A stretch of 44,026 bases of DNA. Origin: Clostridia bacterium. Its GTDB lineage: Bacteria > Bacillota > Clostridia > UMGS1810. Every line of letters starts with the position of its first letter. Position 1 is the first letter of the stretch. A program made the translations under genes and the position numbers. Below are positions 1-8,092 of the stretch, one piece after another. The stretch lies in NCBI GenBank assembly GCA_017503945.1, contig JAFVSB010000155.1:1-44026 (forward strand). Reading direction: 5' to 3'. Under the pieces are notes generated by a model. That model was not told the origin of the DNA. It saw only the letters and a list, made by a program, of their open reading frames with translations, and searched no databases.

Positions 1-876
1 CCCCATCACAAAAATTGCTGTAGAGAGCATATCGGCTTCAAATGACGACTTTGCTATCACCGACACACTGATAAGTCCGCTGTCGGCGCAGCGTCCCGTT
101 TTGGGATTTATGATGTGGTGATATATTTTGCCGCCCGATTCAAAATATCGTTCATATGATCCCGATGTAACGCACGAAAGGTCCGATAATTCCTCGACTC
201 TGAAATACTTGCCCCTCTCTCGTGCAGGATCCTGCAGCCCTATGCGCCAGGGGGAGCCTTTTTCAGACTTTCCCATTGCATACACATTGCCCCCAAGGTC
301 AAGGATTGCATCTTTTATGCCCGAGGAGCGCAGCACCTTCACCGCGCAATCTGCCGCATACCCCTTGGCGGCTGCTCCAAGGTCGAGCATCATGCCCTGC
401 TCTCCAAGGCTCACGCTGTCGCCTGATAGCTCCACCTTTTCCCAGTTCACCTTTGCTTTTGCCTCAGCTATTGCTTCATCAGAGGGCACAGTGGGGTTTT
501 GCGCCTTTATATTCCACAAATCCACCAGCGGTTTTATAGTGATGTCAAAGGCACCGTCTGTGAGCTTGCACACTTCAAGAGCCTCTTTGAGCACGCTCAT
601 CACTTCATCTGACACCTTCACAGGCGAAATGTGGGCATTTTTGTTGATGGTGTAAATTTCGCTTGTTTCAATATATGGGCTAAAGACAGCCTCAACTCTT
701 TTTATTTCATCAATTGCAGCTTTTGCTGCCTCATCGCTCCCCTTGCCATAGCATGTTACCGATACAATGGTGTCGAGCGCAAGGGCAGTCTGAGTGCTTT
801 TTTCAAGCTTTGCGCATGAGCAAAGACACACACACAGAGCAGTCAAAACAGTGATTGCCACGATTTTTGCTTTCAT
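1..876 (-). CDS. apbE: FAD:protein FMN transferase (ApbE/Ftp family) lipoprotein; the C-terminal end runs off the window
   Basis: The frame is open to the window edge, so it is absent from the ORF track. Translating the complement from the ATG (complement of 874-876, GAAGGAG-type RBS just upstream) gives MKAKIVAITVLTALCVCLCSCAK (signal peptide plus lipobox). ApbE-type blocks follow: DLGAAAKGYAAD, SGSYERYF, HHIINPKTG. The + ORFs 128-655 and 222-539 are antisense shadows. Confidence 0.8.
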   Translation of the reverse strand, partial: MKAKIVAITVLTALCVCLCSCAKLEKSTQTALALDTIVSVTCYGKGSDEAAKAAIDEIKRVEAVFSPYIETSEIYTINKNAHISPVKVSDEVMSVLKEALEVCKLTDGAFDITIKPLVDLWNIKAQNPTVPSDEAIAEAKAKVNWEKVELSGDSVSLGEQGMMLDLGAAAKGYAADCAVKVLRSSGIKDAILDLGGNVYAMGKSEKGSPWRIGLQDPARERGKYFRVEELSDLSCVTSGSYERYFESGGKIYHHIINPKTGRCADSGLISVSVIAKSSFEADMLSTAIFVMG

Positions 877-944
877 AAAAACACGCTCCTTCATATATAT
901 TTTAACATAAAAGCAGAATTTGAGCAATATACATAAATTTATTC

Positions 945-973
945 TTGATTTTATGCAAATTTCATTATATAAT
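945..973 (+). promoter_or_regulatory. Sigma-A type promoter for the darA-holB-ricT unit
   Basis: TTGATT (945-950), 17-nt spacer, TATAAT (968-973), 22 nt upstream of the darA ATG. Confidence 0.5.
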
Positions 974-995
974 ATTAAAAAAGGAGAGTGATATT

Positions 996-1322
996 ATGAA
1001 ATTAGTTCTTGCAATAGTTAATGACGAAGATGGCAACAAGGTATTGGGTGCTCTTTCAAAAGAAGGCTTCAGCGTAACCAAGCTTGCCACCACTGGCGGT
1101 TTTCTTAGAGCTGGAAATATGACACTTCTCTCCGGTGTGGAAGATGACCAGGTTCAGACAGTTATCGACATCATCAAGAGTAAGAGTCACCGCAGAACAC
1201 AAATCACGGCATCTCCTATGCCAATGGGCGCTTCTGCTTCCTTTACACCATATCCCATAGAGGTGCAGGTTGGCGGTGCTACTATATTTGTTATTGATGT
1301 AGACAGATTTGAAAAGGTATAA
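996..1322 (+). CDS. darA: PII-like cyclic-di-AMP receptor protein (YaaQ/DarA family)
   Basis: MKLVLAIVNDEDGNKVLGALSKEGFSVTKLATTGGFLRAGN is the YaaQ/DarA signature. AAGGAGAG RBS lies 7 nt upstream of ATG 996; the track ORF starting at TTG 945 is over-extended. Synteny with holB and ricT matches Bacillus yaaQ-holB-yaaT. Confidence 0.85.
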   Translation: MKLVLAIVNDEDGNKVLGALSKEGFSVTKLATTGGFLRAGNMTLLSGVEDDQVQTVIDIIKSKSHRRTQITASPMPMGASASFTPYPIEVQVGGATIFVIDVDRFEKV

Positions 1323-1328
1323 TGCATA

Positions 1329-2282
1329 ATGCTTTGCAAAGAGCAACAAAAAATAGTATCGCATTTTAAGAGCGCGCTGGCGTCAGATACTTTAAGACAT
1401 GCATACATTATATCCGCAAGCTCCGGTATGGGCAAAAAGAGGGCGGCAGATGAGCTGCAGCTCCTTTTTGCTTGCAATAAAGGAGTCGGCTGCGGGGTTT
1501 GTGAGGGCTGCAACAGTGCAAAGCTTGGTGCCCACACAGATATTATAAGGCTTTCGCTCGGTGATAAAAAAGTGTATGAAATAGGGCGCATAAGAGAGCT
1601 TATAAAAAAGGTTTACCAAAAGCCCACGCTTGCTCATAAGCTCATTATCATTGAAGATGCGCACTGCCTTGGAGCCATATGCCAAAATGCACTTTTAAAA
1701 GTGATTGAAGAGCCTCCGCCATATGCGGTGTTTGTGCTCCTTTGTGACAATCTTTCTGCTATTTTGCCCACTGTGCTCTCGCGTGTTATGACCATCACTA
1801 TGCAACCATGGAAAAGGTCAGAGCTTGAAGAGATTTGCCCTCTTGATTCTTCCAAAAGGTATCTGTATGACCTTGCCGAGGGAAACCCTGCCTTGCTGCT
1901 TTCTATGGCGAATGATGGTGAATTTTCAAAAATAAGAGACACAGCCATAAATTCATTCGTTGGTCTTTTTGCATCATCTGCCTATGGAGTGTATGATGCA
2001 GTGGATGCATGGCTTGAACGCAAAGAAAGCGTAAAAGATATGCTAAATGTGCTTGCGCTTTTTTTGTCAGATGTGCTCTTGGTGTCACTCGATTGCAATG
2101 ACCATGTAAGATGCGCCGATAAGCTAAAAGAGTGCAGGACCGTTGCGGCGCACCTGTCGCCAAAGGCTGCACTTGAAATAACACAGCTTGTGCTCTCTTG
2201 CTCCCAGCGCATGGCAAGAAATGAAAACCTGTCAATGGCGCTGTTTGACATGTTTATGAAAATCAAAGAAATAATCACATAG
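1329..2282 (+). CDS. holB: DNA polymerase III subunit delta prime
   Basis: 317-aa ORF with a clamp-loader AAA+ fold, a Cys4 module (GCGVCEGCNS) and the IIEDAH and LLKVIEEPP motifs. Position between darA and ricT is conserved. Confidence 0.88.
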   Translation: MLCKEQQKIVSHFKSALASDTLRHAYIISASSGMGKKRAADELQLLFACNKGVGCGVCEGCNSAKLGAHTDIIRLSLGDKKVYEIGRIRELIKKVYQKPTLAHKLIIIEDAHCLGAICQNALLKVIEEPPPYAVFVLLCDNLSAILPTVLSRVMTITMQPWKRSELEEICPLDSSKRYLYDLAEGNPALLLSMANDGEFSKIRDTAINSFVGLFASSAYGVYDAVDAWLERKESVKDMLNVLALFLSDVLLVSLDCNDHVRCADKLKECRTVAAHLSPKAALEITQLVLSCSQRMARNENLSMALFDMFMKIKEIIT

Positions 2283-2322
2283 TTGCATGGCAGCTCAATT
2301 GCCTTGCAAAAGGAGGAAATTA

Positions 2323-3195
2323 ATGTTTGAAGTTACGGGAATAAGGTTTAAAAGGGTTGGCAAAATATATTATTTTGACCCCGGTGACCTTGTTTTGAAC
2401 TGCGGTGACCATGTTATAGTGGAGACCTCACGCGGAATAGAATACGGCACAGTGGCAATTGCTAAAAAAAGCGTTACCGATGATGAAATAGTGCCGCCCC
2501 TTAAAAAAATCATCCGCATCGCAACTGCTGATGATGACAAGGCCATTGCCAAAAACAAAGAAATGGAAAAAGAGGCTTTCAGGCTTTGCCAGGAAAAGAT
2601 TAAAAAACACAATCTTGAAATGAAGCTCATCGATGTGGAATATACCTTTGACCACAATAAGGTTTTGTTTTATTTCACTGCCGACGGCAGAGTGGATTTC
2701 AGAGAGCTTGTGCGCGATCTGGCAGGTGTGTTTAAAACGCGCATCGAGCTTCGCCAGATTGGTGTGCGCGATGAATCCAAAATGATGGGCGGTCTTGGCA
2801 TTTGCGGCAGGCAGCTTTGCTGCAATTTGTTTTTGAGTGATTTTGTGCCTGTGTCCATCAAGATGGCAAAGGAGCAGAATCTCTCGCTCAACCCCACCAA
2901 GATTTCAGGCACCTGCGGCAGATTGATGTGCTGTTTAAAGCATGAGCAGGAGGCATATGAATCCATCATAAAATCCACACCGCCCGTAGGCTCGCTTGTA
3001 AAAACTCCCGACGGCAAAGGTCAGGTGACGGCTGTGGCACTACTCAAGGGCATCATCACCGTGGCTGTGGAAAACGGCGAAGAAAAAGAGCTTAAGGAAT
3101 ACAAGGTAGACGATCTCAAAATTCTAAAAAAAGCCTTTGTCAAGAAAGAAGAAGAGGTTGACATAGCCGAACTTAAGAAACTTGAAAAAGATTGA
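2323..3195 (+). CDS. ricT: PSP1-domain protein RicT (YaaT, stage 0 sporulation/regulatory iron-sulfur complex subunit)
   Basis: MFEVTGIRFKRVGKIYYFDP..., with GICGRQLCCNLF and TCGRLMCCLKHE cysteine motifs typical of YaaT/PSP1. AAGGAGGA RBS precedes ATG 2323. Confidence 0.88.
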   Translation: MFEVTGIRFKRVGKIYYFDPGDLVLNCGDHVIVETSRGIEYGTVAIAKKSVTDDEIVPPLKKIIRIATADDDKAIAKNKEMEKEAFRLCQEKIKKHNLEMKLIDVEYTFDHNKVLFYFTADGRVDFRELVRDLAGVFKTRIELRQIGVRDESKMMGGLGICGRQLCCNLFLSDFVPVSIKMAKEQNLSLNPTKISGTCGRLMCCLKHEQEAYESIIKSTPPVGSLVKTPDGKGQVTAVALLKGIITVAVENGEEKELKEYKVDDLKILKKAFVKKEEEVDIAELKKLEKD

Positions 3196-3203
3196 TAAAA
3201 CAC

Positions 3204-3232
3204 TTGATTTTTTGTCTAATTGTTGTTATAAT
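3204..3232 (+). promoter_or_regulatory. Sigma-A type promoter of the ferredoxin gene
   Basis: TTGATT (3204-3209), 17-nt spacer ending in TGT (extended -10), TATAAT (3227-3232). Confidence 0.55.
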
Positions 3233-3271
3233 TACAAATATCGTAGAAAAGAGAATTTCTACACAATCTAA

Positions 3272-3457
<186 letters not shown>

Positions 3458-3466
3458 TCAAAAAGC

Positions 3467-3494
3467 AAAAACCCCGGGGCTGTCCGGGGTTTTT
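3467..3494 (+). terminator. Intrinsic terminator after the ferredoxin gene
   Basis: ACCCCGG (3471-3477) pairs with CCGGGGT (3484-3490). An A-run precedes it and TTTTT follows. Confidence 0.85.
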
Positions 3495-3512
3495 CTTGTA
3501 ACGGAGAAAATT

Positions 3513-4184
3513 ATGATACGAACAGAAGATTTAGGAATCAACGGTCTTAAAATAATGCAGGATTCAGACCTTTTCTGCTTTGGCACCGATAGCGTCATGC
3601 TCTCGGATTTTGCAAGAGCCAAAGGGTCAGACACAGTGGTTGACCTTTGCACAGGCGGTGGCATTATACCTGTGCTTCTGAGTGCCAAAACAAACGCCAA
3701 AAAGCTTTGGGGCATCGAGCTTCAAAGAGCTTCGTTTGAGCTTGCGCAAAAAAACATTGAAATAAATGGCCTTGACGGCCGCATGGAGGTCATTTGTGAT
3801 GATATTGCCAACTGCCTTAGCCATTTTGCTCACGGCTCGGTAGATGTGGTCACCTGCAATCCGCCGTATATGAGCGCTTCGGCAGGCTTTCAAAATCCCG
3901 ACGAGCCAAAGGCTATAGCCCGTCATGAAATACGCACCAACCTAAAAGGTGTGATCCGGGCGGCAGAGAGCATTTTAAAATTTGGCGGTCATTTCTACAT
4001 GGTGCACAGAGCCGACAGGCTGTGTGATATCATTTGGGAGCTAAGGCAAAAAAAGCTTGAGCCAAAGCGGATTCGCTTTGTTGCCCCTTCTCCCGAAAAG
4101 GAGCCAAAGCTTGTGCTTGTGGAGGCAATGAAGGGCGCTGCCCCGTCACTTAAGCTTGAACCCACTGCATTTGTAAATATATAA
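3513..4184 (+). CDS. SAM-dependent N6-adenine methyltransferase, YabB / tRNA1(Val) m6A37 TrmN6-like
   Basis: MIRTEDLGINGLKIMQDSDLFCFGTDSVMLSDFA..., DLCTGGG SAM-binding motif and NPPY catalytic motif. The track ORF from 3306 overlaps the ferredoxin gene and its terminator, so the start is moved to ATG 3513 (GGAG RBS). Confidence 0.82.
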   Translation: MIRTEDLGINGLKIMQDSDLFCFGTDSVMLSDFARAKGSDTVVDLCTGGGIIPVLLSAKTNAKKLWGIELQRASFELAQKNIEINGLDGRMEVICDDIANCLSHFAHGSVDVVTCNPPYMSASAGFQNPDEPKAIARHEIRTNLKGVIRAAESILKFGGHFYMVHRADRLCDIIWELRQKKLEPKRIRFVAPSPEKEPKLVLVEAMKGAAPSLKLEPTAFVNI

Positions 4185-4324
4185 ATCCGAACTATTATAA
4201 ATTATTGTTTAGCTGCATACTGCTTGCTGTTTCGAAGCCGAAGCGGAAAAAGTATACCCAAACCTGCGAAGTGCATTATTTGCTAAACAATAATTTATCG
4301 TGCAATTAAAGCTTGAGTTCGGAT
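4185..4324 (+). repeat. 140-nt one-arm structured intergenic element, possibly related to the 16695 and 26760 elements
   Basis: ATCCGAACT (4185-4193) pairs with AGTTCGGAT (4316-4324). ATAAATTATTGTTTAGC (4197-4213) pairs perfectly with GCTAAACAATAATTTAT (4282-4298). It starts at the first nt after the upstream stop codon. Confidence 0.6.
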
Positions 4325-4354
4325 ATCTTCGTTCAGGACAGGAAGGAAAAACGC

Positions 4355-5209
4355 ATGACAAAAGGAACTTTATATCTTTGCGCCACTCCCATAGGCAATC
4401 TTGATGATATTACAATGAGATGCCTTAACACCTTAAGGGAGTGTGACCTCATAGCGTGTGAGGATACGCGCCACTCTCTCAAGCTTCTCAATCATTTCGA
4501 CATTCACAAGCCCCTCACCAGCTATTTTGAACACAACAAAAAAGAAAAAGGCGAATATATAATCTCTGAAATTTTGTCGGGCAAAAATGTTGCCCTCATT
4601 ACCGATGCAGGCACTCCTGCAATCTCTGACCCGGGCGAAGAGCTTGTGGCTCAGTGCATTGAAAATAACATTAAAGTTGTGAGCGTGCCCGGTGCAGTGG
4701 CTCTCATAAACGCGCTCATCATTTCAGGTCAGCGCACAGGGCGCTTTGCCTTTGAGGGATTTTTATCGGTAAACAAAAAGAGCCGATTAGAGCATCTTGA
4801 ATCAGTTGCCAATGACGAGCGCACACTCATTTTCTACGAAGCTCCCCACAAGCTCAAGCGCACCCTTTCAGACATGCGTGCCTGCTTTGGAAACAGGCGC
4901 ATAAGCCTTGTGAGAGAGCTCACCAAAATTCACGAGGAATGTGTGTGCACCACCTTTGATGAAGCAATTGCCCACTATGAGGATAATGTGCCCAAGGGTG
5001 AGTATGTGCTCGTAGTAGAGGGAAAAGACCCATCGGGCAAAAAAGAGGAGCGCCGTTTGGCTTTTGAAGGCATGAGCATTTGTGAGCATGTGAACATGCT
5101 CATAGACAGCGGCATGGATAAAAAAGAAGCCATCAAAAAAGCGGCAGCAGAGCGCGCAATATCTAAAAGAGATGTATACAACGAATTTGTAAAGGGAGAA
5201 AGCCGATGA
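4355..5209 (+). CDS. rsmI: 16S rRNA (cytidine1402-2'-O)-methyltransferase
   Basis: MTKGTLYLCATPIGNLDDITMRCLNTLRECDLIACEDTRHS... is the RsmI tetrapyrrole-methylase-fold signature. GGAAGGA RBS precedes ATG 4355. Confidence 0.92.
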   Translation: MTKGTLYLCATPIGNLDDITMRCLNTLRECDLIACEDTRHSLKLLNHFDIHKPLTSYFEHNKKEKGEYIISEILSGKNVALITDAGTPAISDPGEELVAQCIENNIKVVSVPGAVALINALIISGQRTGRFAFEGFLSVNKKSRLEHLESVANDERTLIFYEAPHKLKRTLSDMRACFGNRRISLVRELTKIHEECVCTTFDEAIAHYEDNVPKGEYVLVVEGKDPSGKKEERRLAFEGMSICEHVNMLIDSGMDKKEAIKKAAAERAISKRDVYNEFVKGESR

Positions 5210-6102
5210 GAAAAAAAGTTGCCCCCGGGGGCACAATTTATAAATCAATGAAAAAGCACAGAGTAAAATTTCTTGTGATAGAAATTTTGCTCATAGTCTT
5301 GCTTGTGGGGTATTTTGCGGCCTCTTATGAATATATTTCCAACATTTTTGTCGGTGGCGTAGCCTTCGATGAGGCGCGCTTTGCAAAAGAAGCCGAAACT
5401 ATAGCGGTGGGCGAGCCTTTTGAACTTCACCGAAGCGACAATGTGTCTATCAATGATTATGCCCTGAGGCCCGACAGCTACTGGCAGGATAATCGCTATG
5501 AATTTGCGCTTGATCTCAAATCTGCCAAAGAGCTCGGCATCAGCTATAGTAACCGCACCACAATGACCGGCTCCGATGAAACCTATGATGAAATTTCGTC
5601 ATGCCTCTATCTGGCAGACATAGGTGGCATTAAAACACTGGTGCTTGCCTACCCTCATCAAGACCTGTCCGCCACAGATACCATCGACGGCATCTTCACC
5701 TCTATCCCCCTCATTGTGGCACATGATGTGGCAGCAAGCGGAGCTTTTGCTCCCACCGATGAGATTTGCCAATATATGATTGACACCCGCGGCATTGAGA
5801 TGGAAAGCGAAAGATTCGATCTGGTGTTTTGCACAGTGCTCTTTGGCATAATAATCTACCTTGCAGCAAAGCTTGTGCTTCAATTTGCCGATTATCATCA
5901 CACACCCACCTATCGTCAGCTTGCAAAATACGGTCCCATCGATGAGATTGAAGCTCAGGTCGAAGCAGAGCTTGCCGCTGTGCGCAAAGAAAAAAGACAG
6001 CTTGTAACCGAAAACTGGATTGTGTCAGAGGATACATTCAAGCTAAAAATTGTAAAGAATCATATGAAACACGGAAAGTTTGTTTATACACCAAAGGTGT
6101 GA
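5206..6102 (+). CDS. Hypothetical membrane protein, two predicted TM helices, unknown function
   Basis: 298-aa ORF. Its ATG overlaps the rsmI stop (ATGA), which suggests translational coupling. Hydrophobic segments are FLVIEILLIVLLVGYFAA and FCTVLFGIIIYLAAKLVL. I recognise no family motif. A terminator follows at 6114-6140. Confidence 0.6.
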   Translation: MRKKVAPGGTIYKSMKKHRVKFLVIEILLIVLLVGYFAASYEYISNIFVGGVAFDEARFAKEAETIAVGEPFELHRSDNVSINDYALRPDSYWQDNRYEFALDLKSAKELGISYSNRTTMTGSDETYDEISSCLYLADIGGIKTLVLAYPHQDLSATDTIDGIFTSIPLIVAHDVAASGAFAPTDEICQYMIDTRGIEMESERFDLVFCTVLFGIIIYLAAKLVLQFADYHHTPTYRQLAKYGPIDEIEAQVEAELAAVRKEKRQLVTENWIVSEDTFKLKIVKNHMKHGKFVYTPKV

Positions 6103-6113
6103 GTTTATTTATC

Positions 6114-6140
6114 AAAGGGGGATATTTTCCCCCTTTTTTT
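6114..6140 (+). terminator. Intrinsic terminator after the rsmI / membrane-protein unit
   Basis: AAAGGGGG (6114-6121), 7-nt loop, CCCCC (6129-6133), then a T7 run. Confidence 0.85.
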
Positions 6141-6163
6141 ATGCAAAATTTTTATATTTTAAG

Positions 6164-6192
6164 TTTACAATTTACCTGAAATATGTTATTAT
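6164..6192 (+). promoter_or_regulatory. Candidate sigma-A promoter for the miaB-ricA-mutSL-miaA unit
   Basis: TTTACA (6164-6169), 17-nt spacer with TGT, TATTAT (6187-6192). An alternative TATAAT is at 6195-6200. Confidence 0.4.
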
Positions 6193-6236
6193 AGTATAAT
6201 AAGTATAGTAATGTGGATAGAAAGGACTTATCCCCA

Positions 6237-7667
6237 ATGTCACAACGAAAAGACACCCTTCTTTCACCTCAAATCATACAGGCTCAGAAAGAGGCAATTT
6301 CAGATATACGAATAAAAAACGAAGAGCAATATTCCCTTGGCGCACCTCGCAAAAAAGCCTTTGTGGAAACCTATGGCTGTCAGCAGAATGTGAGCGACTC
6401 GGAAATTCTCATGGGCATGCTCGCCCAGATGGGCTATGAAAAAACCGAGCAAAAAGATGATGCCGACATCATTATCTACAACACCTGCGCAGTAAGAGAA
6501 AATGCCGAGCTCAAGGTGTTTGGCAATCTGGGTGCGCTAAAGCATTTAAAAGCCAAGAGGCCTGATGTCATCATTGGCGTATGCGGCTGCATGATGCAGC
6601 AAAAAGAAAACGCTGATCAAATAAAAAGAAAATATAAACATGTTGACCTCGTGTTTGGCACACATTCGCTCTATTATTTTCCCTCGCTTTTGAAAGATGT
6701 CATTATGAGCGACACAAGAGTCATTGATGTAAGAGATACAGATGGCAAAATCGCCGAACACTATCCCCTGCAAAGGGCCAAGGGGCCTTGCGCATGGGTG
6801 TCGGTGATGTATGGCTGCAACAACTTTTGCTCATATTGCATAGTGCCGTATGTGAGAGGCAGAGAGCGAAGCCGCAGCAAAGATGCTATTGTGGCAGAAG
6901 TAGAGCAGCTTGCCTCTTCCGGCTACAAAGAGATAACTCTTCTGGGGCAAAATGTCAACTCATATGGTAAAGACCTTGATGAACACATCGATTTTGCCGA
7001 CCTTTTGAATGCAGTGTGCAAAATAGACGGCATTGAGCGCATCAGATTTATGACAAGTCACCCCAAGGATATATCCGACAAGCTCATCGACACAATGGAA
7101 TCGCAGAGCAAAATCTGCAAGCAGCTGCACCTGCCCGTTCAGGCAGGCAACAACAGAGTGCTCGCTGCCATGAACAGGCACTACACCAAAGAAGAATATC
7201 TTGAAAAAATAGATAAAATCAAGGCAAAAATGCCCGACATCACCCTCACCACTGACATCATAGTGGGTTTCCCCGGTGAGACCAAAGAAGAATTTGCCGA
7301 CACACTCGATGTGCTCAAAAAGGTGCGCTATGACACCATCTTTTCATTCATCTACTCCAAGCGCCCCGGCACTCCTGCCGCCACTATGGACGATGTGCTC
7401 ACTGCACAGGAAAAGAAAGAATGTTTTTCTGCTCTTTTAGATGTGCAGGACAAAATATCATATGAAAAAAACAAAGCCTTAGAGGGCAAAATCCTGAGTG
7501 TGCTCACCGAGGGCTACAGTAAAACCGACTCTACCGTTCTCTCCGGCAGAACAGAAGGCGGCAAAATCGTGAACTTTGCAGGCAGTGATGAATGCATAGG
7601 AAAGTTTGTAAATGTGAAAATTACAGATGTAAGAACATGGTCACTAATAGGTGAAATCATTGAATAA
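6237..7667 (+). CDS. miaB: tRNA (N6-isopentenyl-A37) methylthiotransferase
   Basis: Radical-SAM CNNFCSYCIVP motif, an N-terminal UPF0004 cysteine triad region (YGCQQN, NTCAVRE) and a C-terminal TRAM domain. Start chosen at ATG 6237 after an AAAGGA RBS; GTG 6213 is an alternative. Confidence 0.92.
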   Translation: MSQRKDTLLSPQIIQAQKEAISDIRIKNEEQYSLGAPRKKAFVETYGCQQNVSDSEILMGMLAQMGYEKTEQKDDADIIIYNTCAVRENAELKVFGNLGALKHLKAKRPDVIIGVCGCMMQQKENADQIKRKYKHVDLVFGTHSLYYFPSLLKDVIMSDTRVIDVRDTDGKIAEHYPLQRAKGPCAWVSVMYGCNNFCSYCIVPYVRGRERSRSKDAIVAEVEQLASSGYKEITLLGQNVNSYGKDLDEHIDFADLLNAVCKIDGIERIRFMTSHPKDISDKLIDTMESQSKICKQLHLPVQAGNNRVLAAMNRHYTKEEYLEKIDKIKAKMPDITLTTDIIVGFPGETKEEFADTLDVLKKVRYDTIFSFIYSKRPGTPAATMDDVLTAQEKKECFSALLDVQDKISYEKNKALEGKILSVLTEGYSKTDSTVLSGRTEGGKIVNFAGSDECIGKFVNVKITDVRTWSLIGEIIE

Positions 7668-7682
7668 TAGGAGATAACCAAA

Positions 7683-8072
7683 ATGGAACAGATACTTCAA
7701 AAAGCAAAAGAACTCGGCATGATGATAGCAGACTCAGAGCAGTTTGCCAGAGTAAAAGAAGCTGAAGAAGCTCAGCTAAACGACAGCGAAGCAACCCAGC
7801 TTATGATGGAATATTCCAATAAGCAGGATGAGCTTTCCAAAAGAGCATCACAGCCCAACATCACCAAAGAAGATTTTGAAAACATCCGCAAAGAAGCTCA
7901 GGAAGCTTTTGAAAAAATTTGCCAGAACAAAAACATCAAAGCTTACCTTGAAGCCAACAGAGCGTTTTCATCTATGATTGAGCAGGTAAACACAATCATA
8001 GGCTATTTTGTAAAAGGCGGCGATGCATCAGGCTGCGGCGGCAATTGCTCCTCGTGCTCAGGCTGCCACTAA
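7683..8072 (+). CDS. ricA: YlbF/YmcA-family protein (RicA-like) with a Cys-rich C-terminal tail
   Basis: 129-aa helical protein, MEQILQKAKELGMMIADSEQFARVKEAEE..., ending GCGGNCSSCSGCH. It sits between miaB and mutS exactly as ymcA does in Bacillus (ymcB-ymcA-...-mutS-mutL). Confidence 0.6.
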   Translation: MEQILQKAKELGMMIADSEQFARVKEAEEAQLNDSEATQLMMEYSNKQDELSKRASQPNITKEDFENIRKEAQEAFEKICQNKNIKAYLEANRAFSSMIEQVNTIIGYFVKGGDASGCGGNCSSCSGCH

Positions 8073-8092
8073 TTTGAATAGGAGTTTTACCA

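Noticed and set aside
128-655. 175-aa and 105-aa + strand ORFs at the left edge
   Set aside because: Both are antisense to the minus-strand apbE gene, whose translation carries clear family motifs. Their composition (Pro/Ser/Ala-rich) is what an antisense frame would give.
4185-4324. Integron attC site (an imperfect palindrome directly after a stop codon)
   Set aside because: The ends do not fit the RYYYAAC / GTTRRRY cores. There is no integrase or cassette array, and the flanking genes are conserved housekeeping neighbours.
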